Shown here piece after piece: positions 39,071 through 52,216 of a DNA stretch of 64,000 bases. Positions within the stretch are counted from its first letter, which is position 1. Every line of letters begins with the position of its first letter. A program made the position numbers and the translations under genes. Source of the DNA: Octopus vulgaris. Lineage: Eukaryota. The notes below the pieces were generated by a model. The model saw only the letters and a list, made by a program, of their open reading frames with translations. It did not search any database and was not told the DNA's origin. The stretch lies in contig OX597824.1 of the NCBI GenBank assembly GCA_951406725.2, positions 95,356,001 to 95,420,000 of the forward strand, written 5' to 3'.

Positions 39071-39821
39071 ACATATTAAGGGATCGTACATAGCAACCAT
39101 CACTTATGTATACAAACATGACTAAATATTTCCGAACACACAATAAGCATTTGTATACTCTTAATATGCTTTCATGTGCTGTAAAGATTGGAAGTTTGTA
39201 TTTTAGTGCCTCCCAAACTTAACCAATAAGCAAGACAATTCTCAAATTTCCTTGAAAATATAAAACAAAACGGAAGTTTCGCTACTGAAGAGGTCATTTA
39301 GCTTTTATTTTGTAGTCTTAATTTGGCTAAAACTTCTGACAAACCATTGTTAGATAATCACTTGTCTCTATAAAATTATGAACCCTAATAGCAGGTAATG
39401 GAGCCTTTTTATTTTCCATGTAGCAGCTAAACCTCTTTCAACAAATACCATACTATGAAATGACAGGCCAATCACATCAGCTAAGTATGGTGCCATGAAG
39501 CCATAAACCTTTGGACATTTCTTGTTTATTATGTCAAAAACATTGGATAAATCCAATTTGTATTTACATCTCTAGGATATTCCATCTGTTGATTGTGCTT
39601 TGTTGAGGTTTGGAGTTGTTATTTGGGGAAGGAACACACTACAGTTTCACTTTGACAGAACAGGTAACTGCTTCAGAGCCAAGAAAACTATATTTTTGCT
39701 CATAAATATAAACTTTATCCTAGAGATCATCGCAATTTAAACAAAAGATATAAAAAAAATTACAAATTGTACAAGTGACATTGGAAATTATTTTACTTTA
39801 AAAACTGAAATAGAAAAAAGC

Positions 39822-39853
<32 letters not shown>

Positions 39854-42228
39854 AAATAAAAAAATAAAGTGCTTGTATTTAGCAATATTCTGCTCTGTTA
39901 GTAAATATTAAATGACTTTTTGAAATATTTAGAAATGCAATTGTGTCAATTGAAGCAGCAATACTAAAAATTTTGAATAGAAATCAAAAAGACAATGAGT
40001 TTACAAAATGGATTTTATTGATTAAAAATTGAGGGCAAGGCACCAAGAGAGAGAAAGAAAAAGGGAAAAAAATCATCAAAATACATGTTGACTTTAGAGC
40101 TCTAGAAGAAAGGGTCAGCCTGTACCCTTTGACATCAAACTGATTTCTTGGACAAGAAACATTATTACTGATTCTCTCCTGTAACAGATATTTTTTTGTT
40201 AGAACTTTCATAATTTAGGTAGGTACCATGTTCATGGTTTGTAAATCTCTCCCCACTATACCAATATAATAAAACATTACTAGAAAATATTACATGCATG
40301 GCAATATTTAAATTTATGAGAGTCACAAATTTAATGACTTATAAACACCTTCCATGCTACAATATTATTTCATTTAGTTAGAATTTAATTTTAGTTTTTA
40401 ATTGAAATAATTACATAAGAGGGATATCATTTGTTCATGAGTTATTTATTAAAGCTTTTCATAGCCTTACACCTTAATTTTATAACCATTATTTAAACAA
40501 CAAATCCTTTCCTATTGATGTAATACCAAAATTTCACTAACTTTCATAATTCAAAGATTACTCCTTCATTTATAGTAATACTGTATCTAAAAGAAAATTT
40601 ACATATATTTTCTTAATTAAGCTATTATTTAATTTTGGGTATTATTAATTACAGGTTATAATTTACTTCTCTTTTTAAAAATTGTTTCTAACAATGGTTT
40701 TTTAGAATACTTTCTTTTGTAATAGCCTGTGATTATTTCATATTTTAATATTTAAACTGACAGAGGCATTGAGCTGGCAGAATCGTTAGCATGCTGGGCT
40801 AGTGGCATTTCGTCTGTCTTTACGTTCTGAGTTCAAATTCCGTCGAGGTCGACTTTGCCTTTCATCCTTCCAGGGTCAATAAAATAAGTACCAGTTATGC
40901 ACTGGGGTTGATGTAATCAACTTACCCACTTCCCCAGAATTGCTGGCCTTGTGCCAAAATTTGAAACCAATATTTAAACTGACTGAACAAAAGTCTTTTT
41001 TTTTTCGTATAAAATGAACAAAACAAATGATTAAATATAGAGATTTGTTAGAAAATATCTGACTTGATGAAGGAAATCAATTTTAATTTATTATTAAATA
41101 CGACACTTTAAGGATGGTGGAGAGGCAGAATTACTGGAGTGACAGACAAAATGCCTTGTGGTATTTCTTCTAGCTTTTCATGTTCTGACTCCAAATCCCA
41201 CCGTGGTCAACTTTGCTTCTCATCCCTTTGGGGTTGCTAAACTTAAGTACCAGCTATATACTGGGGTTTGTCGGTATCAACTAATCCCTTCCCCCACCAA
41301 ATTTCAGGCTTTGTGTCTATTTTAGAAAGAATTTTCAATACAATACTTTATAAGTGAGAGAGAGGGACTTGGATGGAGCAGGCTGGATGAGGCGTTATTA
41401 CTTGAGGAGGAAGTGTTAGGACTTGGCTTCTGTGTCCTGTTAACCCTTTTGTTACCAACCCCGGCTGAAACCAGCTCTGGCTCTGAGTGCAAATGTCTTG
41501 TTTTCATAAGTTTTCAATTAAAATCTTCCACCAAACCTTAGTCACAGTTTATCTTCTTAACACTAGCTGAATGATAGTTAAGTTATTTTACTAAATTCTT
41601 TGTTATAATTAGAATTAATTGAAAGAAACACAGAGCATCTCAAAATAAATTTGGTAACGAAAGGGTTAATGAATGACATACTCTGTAAGTCTTTTATCAC
41701 GTGAATTATTCAAGACGGTTATTTATAAGCATCAGGTGTGTTGCAGTTTAGAATTGAGGATTGATTGAATGGATGTTGGCCAGTCATTGAGTGATAGGAA
41801 GCCCTTGTCTTATTTTTTTTTCCCTACCTATCACTAACTTCTTTAGCGAAAAAGTAACACAAAAGGATTGAACATTGAATGATGCATTTTATCATAATTT
41901 AAACCCAAACCATATTTAATTGTCAACCTGAGGGAAAAAAAAAATGTTTAAATTATCAACTTATGAAGGGTAGGGGGATCTATCTGTTACCATGTGTTGT
42001 GAAAAACTATGAAAAAAAAAAATATTTCTAAATTTGCAATGAGATGAAGCCAAAACAGTTGTCCAGATCAACATTGTATAATTGTCTGTATATATTTCTC
42101 TCTAATTTTATTTATTTTAAATTTACATTTAAAGTTTCATGTGCACTGTTTTTTTTTTCTATAAAAAATTAATAAAAAATTAAATTTACAAATATATTGA
42201 AGTTTTTGTCATTATTAAAAAAAAAAAA

Positions 42229-42505
42229 TAATAATAATAAACATTGTGTACAGTGCTCAGGTGCACTACAACTCATCTAAAGTGCATATATAATCAGGTG
42301 TAGTTTCGATGGATTTCGGAAAGCATGAGGGCCTTAAAAGATGCAGTGTCATGGCAGTCAACAACTGACGCAGGCAGTTTATTCCATGCTTCAGCAACTC
42401 TGAGCGTGAAAAAATGTTTCCGAAAGTCATGGGAGCTGTGTTGTTTTCTGACTTTGTAGGCATGTCTACGTGTGTTAGACACATGGAGATACAAATCACG
42501 ACCAA
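42229..42505 (-). mobile_element. CR1-group LINE 3' end
   Basis: HAYKVRKQHSSHDFRKHFFTLRVAEAWNKLPASVV followed by a short UTR and a (TTA)n tail. Same family on + at 43950-44180. Confidence 0.82.
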
Positions 42506-43949
42506 TATATTGTATGGTTTCTCATATATAAAATGTTTGAATACATTTCGATTAATCAGGCTTCACACTTGGTATTGAACCCTTTCGTTACCAACCCGGC
42601 TGAAACCGGCTCTGGCTCTTTAGTACAAATGTCTTGTTTTCATAAGTTTTGAATTAAAATTTTCCACCAAATCTTTGGTTAAAATTTATGTTCCTAACAC
42701 TAGATTAATGATAACTAAGTTATTTTACTAAATTCTTTGTTATAATTAGAATTAATTGAAAGAAACACAGAACATCTCAAAAGAAATACGGTAACGAAAG
42801 GGTTAAGCTTGAAACATCCTATTTTAACATCCACTTTCTCATGTTTGCATGGGTCAGACCAAATTTACTGGAACAGATTTTCTACAGCTGGATGCTCTTC
42901 CTGTCACCAATCCTCACCTGTTTCCAAGCAACATAACATTTCCCTATGGCTAGGTATGTTTTTACAGAACATTGGAAATGAAGGACACACTACATGTATA
43001 ATAGTAACACACATTTACAACTACCATGCTATCAAGACAAGGTCTCACACACACACACACACACAAACACACACATACGGTGGGCTTCCACATAGTTATC
43101 TACAAAAACCCTTCACGAAGCTTTGGTTGACCCAGGATTGTAATAGAAGACATTTGCTCAAGGTAACACACTGAGAGATTGAACCCAAAACCATACAGTC
43201 GGAAAGCAAATCTCTTCACCACAGCCATGCCTGCATCTCCAACTTCAAAAAGCAATACCGTATAATCATCCAGGGGACCTTTTGAGTCAAGTACACCAAC
43301 ATCAAAAAAGCAAATGGAAATTGTAGTTGTGATACCTGTGCCGGTGGCACAGAAAATGCACCATCCATATATGGCCGATGCCAGCGCCACCTTGACTGGC
43401 TTCTGTGCCGGTGGTACGTAAAAAGCACCAACCGATTGTGGCTGTTGCCAGGAAGGGCATCCAGCTGTAGAAACACTGCCAGATCAGACTGGAGCCTGGT
43501 GCAGCCTTCTGGCTTCCCAGACCCCGGTCGAACCGTCCAACCCATGCTAGCATGGAAACAGACGTTAAACGATGATAATGATTCATTTGTTTATTTGATT
43601 TTACCTCCATTTTTTCATGCTAGCATGAGTTAGGTGAATATATTCTTGAGGTTTTGTTTTATAACCAGATGCCTATCAGTAGCCTCTGTGTGTATTCTTT
43701 TCCTTTCTGGCAAGTTTATTCATGACCTCACTAGTGCCAGTGGCACGAGAAGAACACCTGGTACTCTCTGTAAAGTGGTGGACATTAGGAAGGACATCCT
43801 ACCTTAGAAATCATGCCAAAGCAGGCATTAAAGCTTGGTGCCATCCTCTAGCTTACCAGCTCCTGTCGAACCATCTAACCCATGCCAGCATGGAAAACAC
43901 ACCAAATGTCACTGGAGCTTGATGCAACCTAGTAGCTCCCTGGATTCCA

Positions 43950-44180
43950 GAACAAACTGCCGGCATCAGTTGTTAGTTGTCGGAGCACTGCATCCTTCAA
44001 AACTTCCATGCTTCCTGAGATTCGCCAACACTACACCTGATCTTCTCCCCTCCATACACACGCAAGCAGGTATCTGTTCACTTCCCAGACATTTGAACAT
44101 TACTGCATATGCTTTACACGCACTTTTGACAAGTTGTGGTGCACCTGAGCACTGTATACAATAATTTCATTATTATTTTA
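43950..44180 (+). mobile_element. CR1-group LINE 3' end (same family as 42229)
   Basis: NKLPASVVSCRSTASFKTSML, then GTGCACCTGAGCACTGTA and an (ATT)n tail. Confidence 0.75.
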
Positions 44181-45448
44181 AACCCAGTAAGGGAAATAGA
44201 TGTTAAATGATAATGTTATATATGACAGGGTGAAGCTGTATAGCTTAGTGGTTTTGAGTGCTCGTGGTCATAAGGTCTTGTGTTTGATTCCTAGCAAAGC
44301 ATTGTGTCCTTGAGCAAGACACTTTAATTCACGTTGCTTCAGCCCAGTCAGCTGGTAAAAATGAGTTGTACATGTAATTTAAAAGGGTCTGCCTTGTTAT
44401 TTTCTGTGTCACACTGAACCTCCCAGAGGACTACATTAAGGGGGCACATGTCCATGGAGTACTTGACCACTTGCACGTTAACTTCATGTGGTGTGATGGA
44501 GGAAAAGGACAACAGAAAAAGAAGCAAACGGGAGAAAGAAATACAAAAGGCCTCACCTTAAGACCTTGGCGAAATCAGTGGTCACTCTCATGAATTAAAA
44601 ACGTCTCTATGCGAACTGACCACACGTGCTTCCTGCCCACGCATGCCCTCTGCCTGTCTCACTGGCCCCTGCAGTCCTTACTTCCGTCCACCTCATCTGC
44701 AATCCCCTCCACCAACACCACACAGCTCCATCACAGCCCATAACACCACACTTCACAAGCAGGCTGTTCCAATGAATGAATCAAATGGAACACTTGTTGT
44801 CGCAAATGATGGAGAGCCAGGCAGAAATAGGACAGGCTTCTTTCATTTTTTTGTTGTCTACCAAATCTACTCTGAAGAGTTTGGTTGGCATAGGCCTACA
44901 ATAGAAGATGCTTGCCCAAATTGCCAAACAGCGGGACTTACCTCAAAACCATCTGGTTACAAACCCTCACTCACACTTTCCGGTTCAGTTATTGGAGGAA
45001 GGATCTTCCTCATTTTCATTCAAACAACCAACTTATATCTAATTTCAGTCTTCACTAACATGACCAAAACCCAGCACAGAAACGACAGGGTGTGGCAGTG
45101 ATTTATGGAACGTGGGATTAGAATTGGTAATCTAATGGCAGGAAGTCAATGGGCTGCAGCCAAACTGGAGCACCACACTCAAGGGTTTTTAGTTTTTTTT
45201 CCCTCAATACAGTTGTTTTTGTTGGTTATTTCCTCGCTTGTCCGAGAAATTATGTGCAAAGTAGATATTCGTATCAAGGGAGATAACTCGAAGCATACAG
45301 AACATATTTCTGTACAGATATACTAGAATATCACGAAGTAAGATTTTCAGCTTGTGATGATATAAACTTTATATTGATTTGTTCTCAGGTAAGTAGATAA
45401 AAGCTTGCATATGTATCTATCTATCTCTCTCTCTATATATATATATAT

Positions 45449-45828
45449 TTGGCATTGAAAGCTACACCAATGCCAGAACAGGACGACACTGCATAGTGCC
45501 AAAGATCCTAGCAATGCCATCACGCCTCAGGACCAGTTACTGCAACAGCCTGGGTTTCAAGGGCCCACAGTTTTTTAATATTCTCCCAAAGAGTCTGAGG
45601 AACTTGCACAAAGTAGATGTAGGAGTTTTTAAATCAAAGCTGGACATCTTCCTGTCGAGAGTCCCAGATAAACCTACCTCACGGCAAGAGGTGCAACTGA
45701 AGGTAGCTATATCAAACTCCATTCTTCACCAAGTGCCGCATATTAGAGGAGGCTCTTCGTAATAACAGTGTAGCAAAACGGCGGTGCATCAGCATGGCCG
45801 CAGCTCTGAGCTGAAACTAGAAAAAAGA
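45449..45828 (+). mobile_element. CR1-group LINE 3' end whose tail resembles the dominant SINE tail
   Basis: RTGRHCIVP...SLGFKGPQFFNILPKSLRNL...FKSKLDIFLSRVPDKP, stop at 45760-45762, then GCGGTGCATCAGCATGGCCGCAGCTCTGAGCTGAAAC. Confidence 0.8.
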
Positions 45829-45869
45829 TATGTGTGTGTGTGTTTGTGTATGTATGTATGTACATACAC

Positions 45870-47030
45870 AGTTTGGTTTTTGGACAGAACAAAGCTGCCT
45901 AACACAACTACACCATAATACTATTCTTAATAATCCACTGAAGAGAATGGATACTGACTGTATGTACCTTGATTTTACTAAAGCTTTTGTCAAGATTGAT
46001 CAAAGAATTATCTGCCATAGGTCAAGGGATCCTGGTATCACAGGAAAACTCAGAGTATGGCACTTTGACTTTTTACTGGTAGGAATCAATCTGTTGTTTC
46101 AAATGGTCTCCTCTCTGCCAACTCACCTGTAATAAGTGGTGTGTCTCAAGGTACAGTTCCAAGACCACTATTATTTATCCTTACTCTATCAGATATAAGC
46201 TTAAAGATACTTTCGGCCAATCTAACAAATTACACTAAGTATCAAAGGCTATTTTCGATCCAACCTAATGGATACGCATTTGATATAAATTATTTGATAC
46301 TAGATAACGTAACAATTCAAAGTTCAAATAAAATACAGGACTTTGTAATCATGTCAAACGATGCATCTTTCAACAGCCATATCACCAATTTGACTTCTAA
46401 ATGCAGATATCTCATATGGTGGATACCAAAAACCTTCATGTCATAAGAACCAGTAGTCATGTCAACTCTATAGAAATCCTTTTCAGTGGACTAGGTTACT
46501 GTTCATATATTTGGTCTCTAAACACATTTGTCTCCTAGAAGAAATTGAATGGCTAAGAGAACATTCAGTAGAAAAATAACTTCAGTTAAAGAGATTAATT
46601 ACTGGGAAGGTTTCAAAGCTCAATGTTTCCACTCTTTTGAACAATGTAGAGAGAGATACAGTCGTGGCCAAAAGCTTGGAACATAGGGCTGAAAATTAGA
46701 ATTTTTATATGAAATGCCCAAATATATATGTTGTGTATATTTGAATCAAATTGTACTTGGACGTAACAATTTCAATTTTTTAAAAAGATGTTCCAGACTT
46801 GTGGCCACAACTGTATATTGTTATTTGTGTAATGAAGAACCTGGCATTAAAGAAAACTTCAATGCAAGAGCTGGTAGATCCTGCCAGCTTCCACATACAA
46901 CCACCTTCGAAACCAAGAGCAAAGTTACTATTCTGCAATAATCTGATATTTAGGGGCCCTCAGTTGTTCAACTGCTTACCTTAAGAAATAAAGGGACTTC
47001 TATGGAAACATTCAAGAAACCAGTGGATGA
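45870..47030 (+). mobile_element. Decayed CR1-group LINE RT region
   Basis: SCLTQL, DCMYLDFTKAF, SGVSQGTVPRPLLFIL and GPQLFNCLP, with many frameshifts. Confidence 0.8.
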
Positions 47031-49088
47031 ACTCATCATCATCATCATCGTTTAATGTCCGTTTTCCATGCTAGCATGGGTTGGACAGTTCGACTGGGGT
47101 CTGGGAAGCCAGGAGGCTGCACCAGGCTCCAATCTGATCTGGCAAGGTTTCTACAGCTGGATGCCCTTCCTAACACCAACCACTCCGTGAGTGTAGTGGG
47201 TGCTTTTTACGTGCCACAGGGGCAAGCGGCCACGATCGGTTGGTGCTTTTTACGTGTCACCGACACAGATGCCGGTCAGGCAGCGCTGGCATCAGCCACG
47301 TTCGGACGGTGCTTTTTATGTGCCACCAGCATGGGTATCATAACTACAATTTCCATTTGATTTTTATTTTGATGTTCACGTACTTGACTCAATAGGTCTC
47401 CTGAAGCACAGAGTCTCCTCAACCCAAAATCCCAGACCAGTCAACTATACAAAGTTGCACTCAAGGAAGACCAGCTGCTACTAACTCAATAATAGACTAA
47501 CTTTCTGCCATAAAACTTCAACAAACAATGGTAACAGCAACATATGGCTGTATGATTAAAACCCATGTATGCCCATGAAAAATTTCACTGCATTATAGGC
47601 GTAGGAGTGGCTGTGTGGTAAGTAGCTTGCTTACCAACCACAGTTCCAGGTTCAGTCCCACTGCGTAACACCATGGGCAAGTGTCTTCTACTATAGCTTC
47701 GGGCCGACCAAAGCCTTGAAAGAAGTCCATTGTATATATGTATATATAGATATGTGTGTATATATGTTTGTGTGTCTGTGTTTGTCCCCCCACCCAACAT
47801 CGCTTGACAACCGATGGTGGTGTGTTTACGTACCCGTAACTTAGCAGTTTGGCAAAAGAGACCGATAGAATAAGTACTAGGCTTACAAAGAATAAGTCCT
47901 GGGGTCGATTTTCTCGGTTAAAGGCGGTGCTCCAGCATGGCTGCAATCAAATGACTGAAACGAGTAAAAGAGTAAAGAGTATTTAGATTAAACCTTATGG
48001 TAAGCTTTCACAATCTGAAAGAAAAGGACAGTATGCAACTGTTAGCTACGGGTGTCGACTACCAACTGGACATTTTGTATGCTCAGTCAGATGCTTCTCG
48101 GTGAGTTCATGTCCAAACAAGGAGGAACAGGTATTGCATTGCAAAATCGCAACCAGGTGTATATATGGGTTAAGAGGCACATTTTGCAACCACTTCATGG
48201 CAAGTGTCTTTTACTATAGCCCCAAGTTGACTAATGGCTTGTGAGTGAAGTTGTTTTATGGAAACTATGTGGAAGCTCATTGTGTATCTGTCTTTGTCCC
48301 TTGCTTGACAACCAATGCTGGTTTGTTTATATCCCTGTAGTGCCTGTGCCTGTACACACACACACACATCCCACTTCTGACAGCTGCTTTTATTGTAGGT
48401 GGAAACGTGGTTAAGTAGTCCACTTCCCAACCATAAGGTTTCAGGTTCAGTCCAACCATGAAGCATGTTGAGCAAGTCATCATAATCATCGTTTAACATC
48501 CGTTTTCCATGCTAGCATGGGTTGGACAGTTCGACTGGGGTCTGGGAAGCCAGGAGGCTGCATCAGGCTCCAGTCTGATCTGGCAATGTTTCTACAGCTG
48601 GATGCCTTTCCTAAAACTAACCACTCCGTGAGTGTAGTGGGTGCTTTTTACGTGGAAGCCAGTCAAGGCGGCGCTGGCATCGACCACATTCAGATGGTGC
48701 TTTTTACGTGCCACCGGCACAGGTATCACAACTACAATTTCTATTTGATATTTATTTTGATGTTGATGTGACATGTAAAAGCAAGTTAACCTCATGCTGA
48801 CCAAAGATTTGTGAATGAATTTAACAGACAGAAATTGAAAGAGATTTGTTCATGTGTGTGTGTGTGTGTTGTGTGTGTGTGTGTGTGTTTGTTGCTGCTA
48901 TGCTCAGTTGTATGTGCAGTATCGGTATGCATGTATGACAAAAGTGCTAATGTATTGAGAGGAAAACTAATGCATAAGAGGAATCAGATGTAGTATAAGT
49001 CCCAGGGTCGATTTGCTCGACTAAAGGCGGTGCTCCAGCATGGTTGCAGTCAAATGACTGAAACAAGTAAAAGAGTAAAAGAGTAAGA

Positions 49089-49089
<1 letters not shown>

Positions 49090-49126
<37 letters not shown>

Positions 49127-49206
49127 TCATCATCATCATCGTCATATATATATATATATATATATAAATATGTATGTATATAAATACATATGTATATATA
49201 CATATG

Positions 49207-49260
<54 letters not shown>

Positions 49261-49335
49261 CATATATACATATATATCTATATCTATATATATATATATA
49301 TGTATGTATGTATGTATATATATAGATATATACTA
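49090..49335. repeat. Compound (TA)n/(CAT)n/(TATG)n microsatellite; similar tracts at 5174-5320 and 50884-51135
   Basis: Directly visible. Confidence 0.95.
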
Positions 49336-49868
49336 GTATTATAATCTGATTTCATTCGGGTTTATTAGGGCCACATTTTAAAGATGAGGAATTTTGCCCT
49401 AGAGGCCACGCCTTTTCTATTGAGCAAAATCAAAGTTGCCATGGAAACTCCCCAGCATTTTCAACACACACCCACACACACACATTTTTATTAATATTTG
49501 GCAAAAGTAACAGAGTGACTCAAGGTCCGAGAGTTTCGTGCATTGGCACTTATCAAAGTTTGGTAAATGGTAACACACACACACGAAACTCTCGGCCCTT
49601 GGAGTCACTCCGTTACTACTGCTAAACATTAATAAAAAAATATAGCTACACTCATATTTTCTGTTCTAATTTTTTTCCCGTTTGCATCAATCTATAAATA
49701 TACTTCTTTATTTTCATATAGCCATACACATGTGTGTGTGCGTGTATGTGTTCATGCGTGTAAAGGAGAGGGAGTGGTGGTGGTATTCGGGTCGGCGTGT
49801 ACTCGGGGTAGAAAAGCGAACTGCGCAGCGCCTCCTGCTTCTGTCGGACAGAACTAAACGACAACAAG

Positions 49869-49988
49869 ATGGCTGACCGGCACGACTTGCCCTACCAGGC
49901 TGAGTACGCCAAGAGCAACCGTTCCACCTGCAAAGCATGCAGAACTGGCATCAAACAAGGCAACCTGAGAATGGCAGTTATGGTTCAG
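49869..49988 (+). CDS. PARP1: PARP1 exon 1 (start of zinc finger 1)
   Basis: AAGATGG Kozak-like start. Encodes MADRHDLPYQAEYAKSNRSTCKACRTGIKQGNLRMAVMVQ, then a GTGCGT donor. PARP-type ZnF motif EYAKS-R--CK-C. Confidence 0.95.
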
Positions 49989-50070
49989 GTGCGTAGCTGA
50001 GAGGGCTTCTATCTGTTTCTTCCTTCGTTTTCCGTCATGATCAACGACAACTCGTAGCGAATCTGCGGTG

Positions 50071-50380
50071 CTACTAGCGAACAGTGGTCCTGGCGCGCGC
50101 TCCCGCGTACTCGCGCATCCGCGCCAGCTAGACGTGACTAGTCGATCCATACTCTGTGTTTTTTGTGTTGTTTACTTTGTTTTAAAAATCATTTACTTCG
50201 TGTTTTTGTGTTTTATTTACCTCGTTTAACGAAAATTATTTACTTTATGTAAAAAAAAATGATTAATTTGTATTTTATTTACTTTGCTGGGTAGTGGTTG
50301 TAGGATCGACTAATCACGACTATCTAACACGGATGCGCGATTGCGCGTGTGCGCGCACCGGGACCACTGTTCGCTAGTAG
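50071..50380. repeat. 78-bp ungapped inverted repeat with an AT-rich spacer in PARP1 intron 1
   Basis: 50071-50148 versus the reverse complement of 50303-50380: 66/78 identical, no indels. Confidence 0.9.
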
Positions 50381-50880
50381 TACGGCTGCCGGTTTTCTCT
50401 GATGTCTCATTTCTATAATTTCTCCCTTGTTTTTAAACCGCAAACCTCAAAAATAATATCCCGAGATATCTGTCCTTTGTACATCTCAAATCCTAAATAA
50501 AACACGATAGTATAATCCTGATAAAACCACTTTGGCTTCTTATCCAAAGTCGGTGTTGTTCTTTTTTCCTCCCATCAATTATTAAACAATAATATTATGA
50601 TCCGAATGTTTTTATTATTTTCTAAGTTTAAATTTATGAGACGCAATCGACGTGAAGATAAAAAATGTTCGTTAGAATATTAATATTAGAAACTTTGACC
50701 GTTGTGGGTGTTCCTTTTTTATTTCTTTTTGTAGGGTCTGTGGGGTTTGTATTGGCTTCACCGACCCCACGTGTCTTTTTATTTGGTGGTTGACCCTCGT
50801 GTTCCATTTCACTCTCGTTGCTTCATGAGACACTAAATCGTTAATGTTTCCTTTTATGTTGAAGCCTGACCAGTGCCTGC

Positions 50881-50926
<46 letters not shown>

Positions 50927-52216
50927 GATGTAGATATATAGAGATATAGATATATATAGATGTAGATATATATATATAGATAGATGTATATATATATATA
51001 TAGATAGATGTATATATATATATAGATAGATGTATAGATATATACAGATAGATGTATAGATATATACAGATAGATGTATATATATATAGATATATATATA
51101 TATACACACGCATAGCGAGTTATATATATATACAAACTCGTTGTCTACCTATATATGTGTGTGTGTGGGTGCAGTTATTTAGTAATCCGCCTTTTTCCAT
51201 AACGATTCACTTGACTTGCTGGAAATAGCAGCCAAATTTCCACAAAACCAAATTCAATCGTTTTCGGAAGGAACCTATTTCATAATGTCATTCTCGTGAC
51301 ACAATCCCTTAAAGAATGACTGGAATGGTCATGGCTGGAACACCGTTAATCATTGAATTTTAGAGCTGTGTAAACAACAATTGACTCGTTTGAACTTATT
51401 GGGGTTTTTTTTTTTTCTAATGTTTTCCCTTGGCTTCAGTAAACATTTAATTATACATAATTGATAATAATTAAGATGTTTATAGTCTTAATTGTGTAGT
51501 TAAGTATTTATTACAATAATCGGGGAAATATATTGAGATTTAATTTGTACCGTGTTTAATTGTATTTCGAAACAGATTAAAAAGAAAGAAAGAAAACGAA
51601 AAGCAAGTTGGTTTTGACAACCATAACCTGTCAAACATTTTCCCGCCAAATAATGTTGGGGGATGTTTTTCTGTCGATCGATGACCCCTTATTAATAATT
51701 CTATTACAAACTTAATGAATTATTAAACGAGCAACATTGCTGTTTGTATTTATTGTGATAAATTTTGTGTGACCTACATATTGAAATATCTTCTTACTGT
51801 TCAAAAAATCAAAATAGTGAATGAATGAATGAATTAATAATATTTATAGAACGTTATGAAACTTGAATATCAAATATATTTATCATCATTATTATATATT
51901 CAGAAATATATATTTCATAATAATTAAATCTACCCTAATGTAAGATTGATTTTGTTAAAAGAAAGGAGGTCAACATGACCCACACTGTTTATTGATTTTT
52001 AACCGTTTTACGTTCTATTCTCCCTTCAGATATTTTTATTTTTGATTTGTATTTCGGTAATGTCAGATGTTAGGCATTTTTGCATCTTTAAAATATGGTT
52101 TTGTTGAGAACATTTCATCAACGTTTGCAAACCGAATATTAATTTTATTTGATCGCCATCCGCCCTCTTACTTGCCTACAACTTGTCACATATTTGTTGT
52201 TACATTGTAGTTAAAA

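Larger units (their letters stand above)
49780..50400 (+). promoter_or_regulatory. CpG-rich promoter / first-exon region of PARP1
   Basis: Local excess of CpG (e.g. GCGCGCGC, TCGCGCA) around the ATG in an otherwise CpG-depleted window. TSS not determinable. Confidence 0.6.

Noticed and set aside
42216-42240. A-run as a retrocopy poly(A) tail
   Set aside because: It adjoins the (TAA)n tail of a minus-strand CR1-group fragment, and no processed gene lies upstream.
47598-47670. tRNA-like A/B boxes as tRNA genes
   Set aside because: There is no complete cloverleaf, and each continues into a SINE body.
49714-50150. Antisense ORFs over PARP1 exon 1
   Set aside because: Explained by high GC content opposite a real exon; no recognisable protein features.
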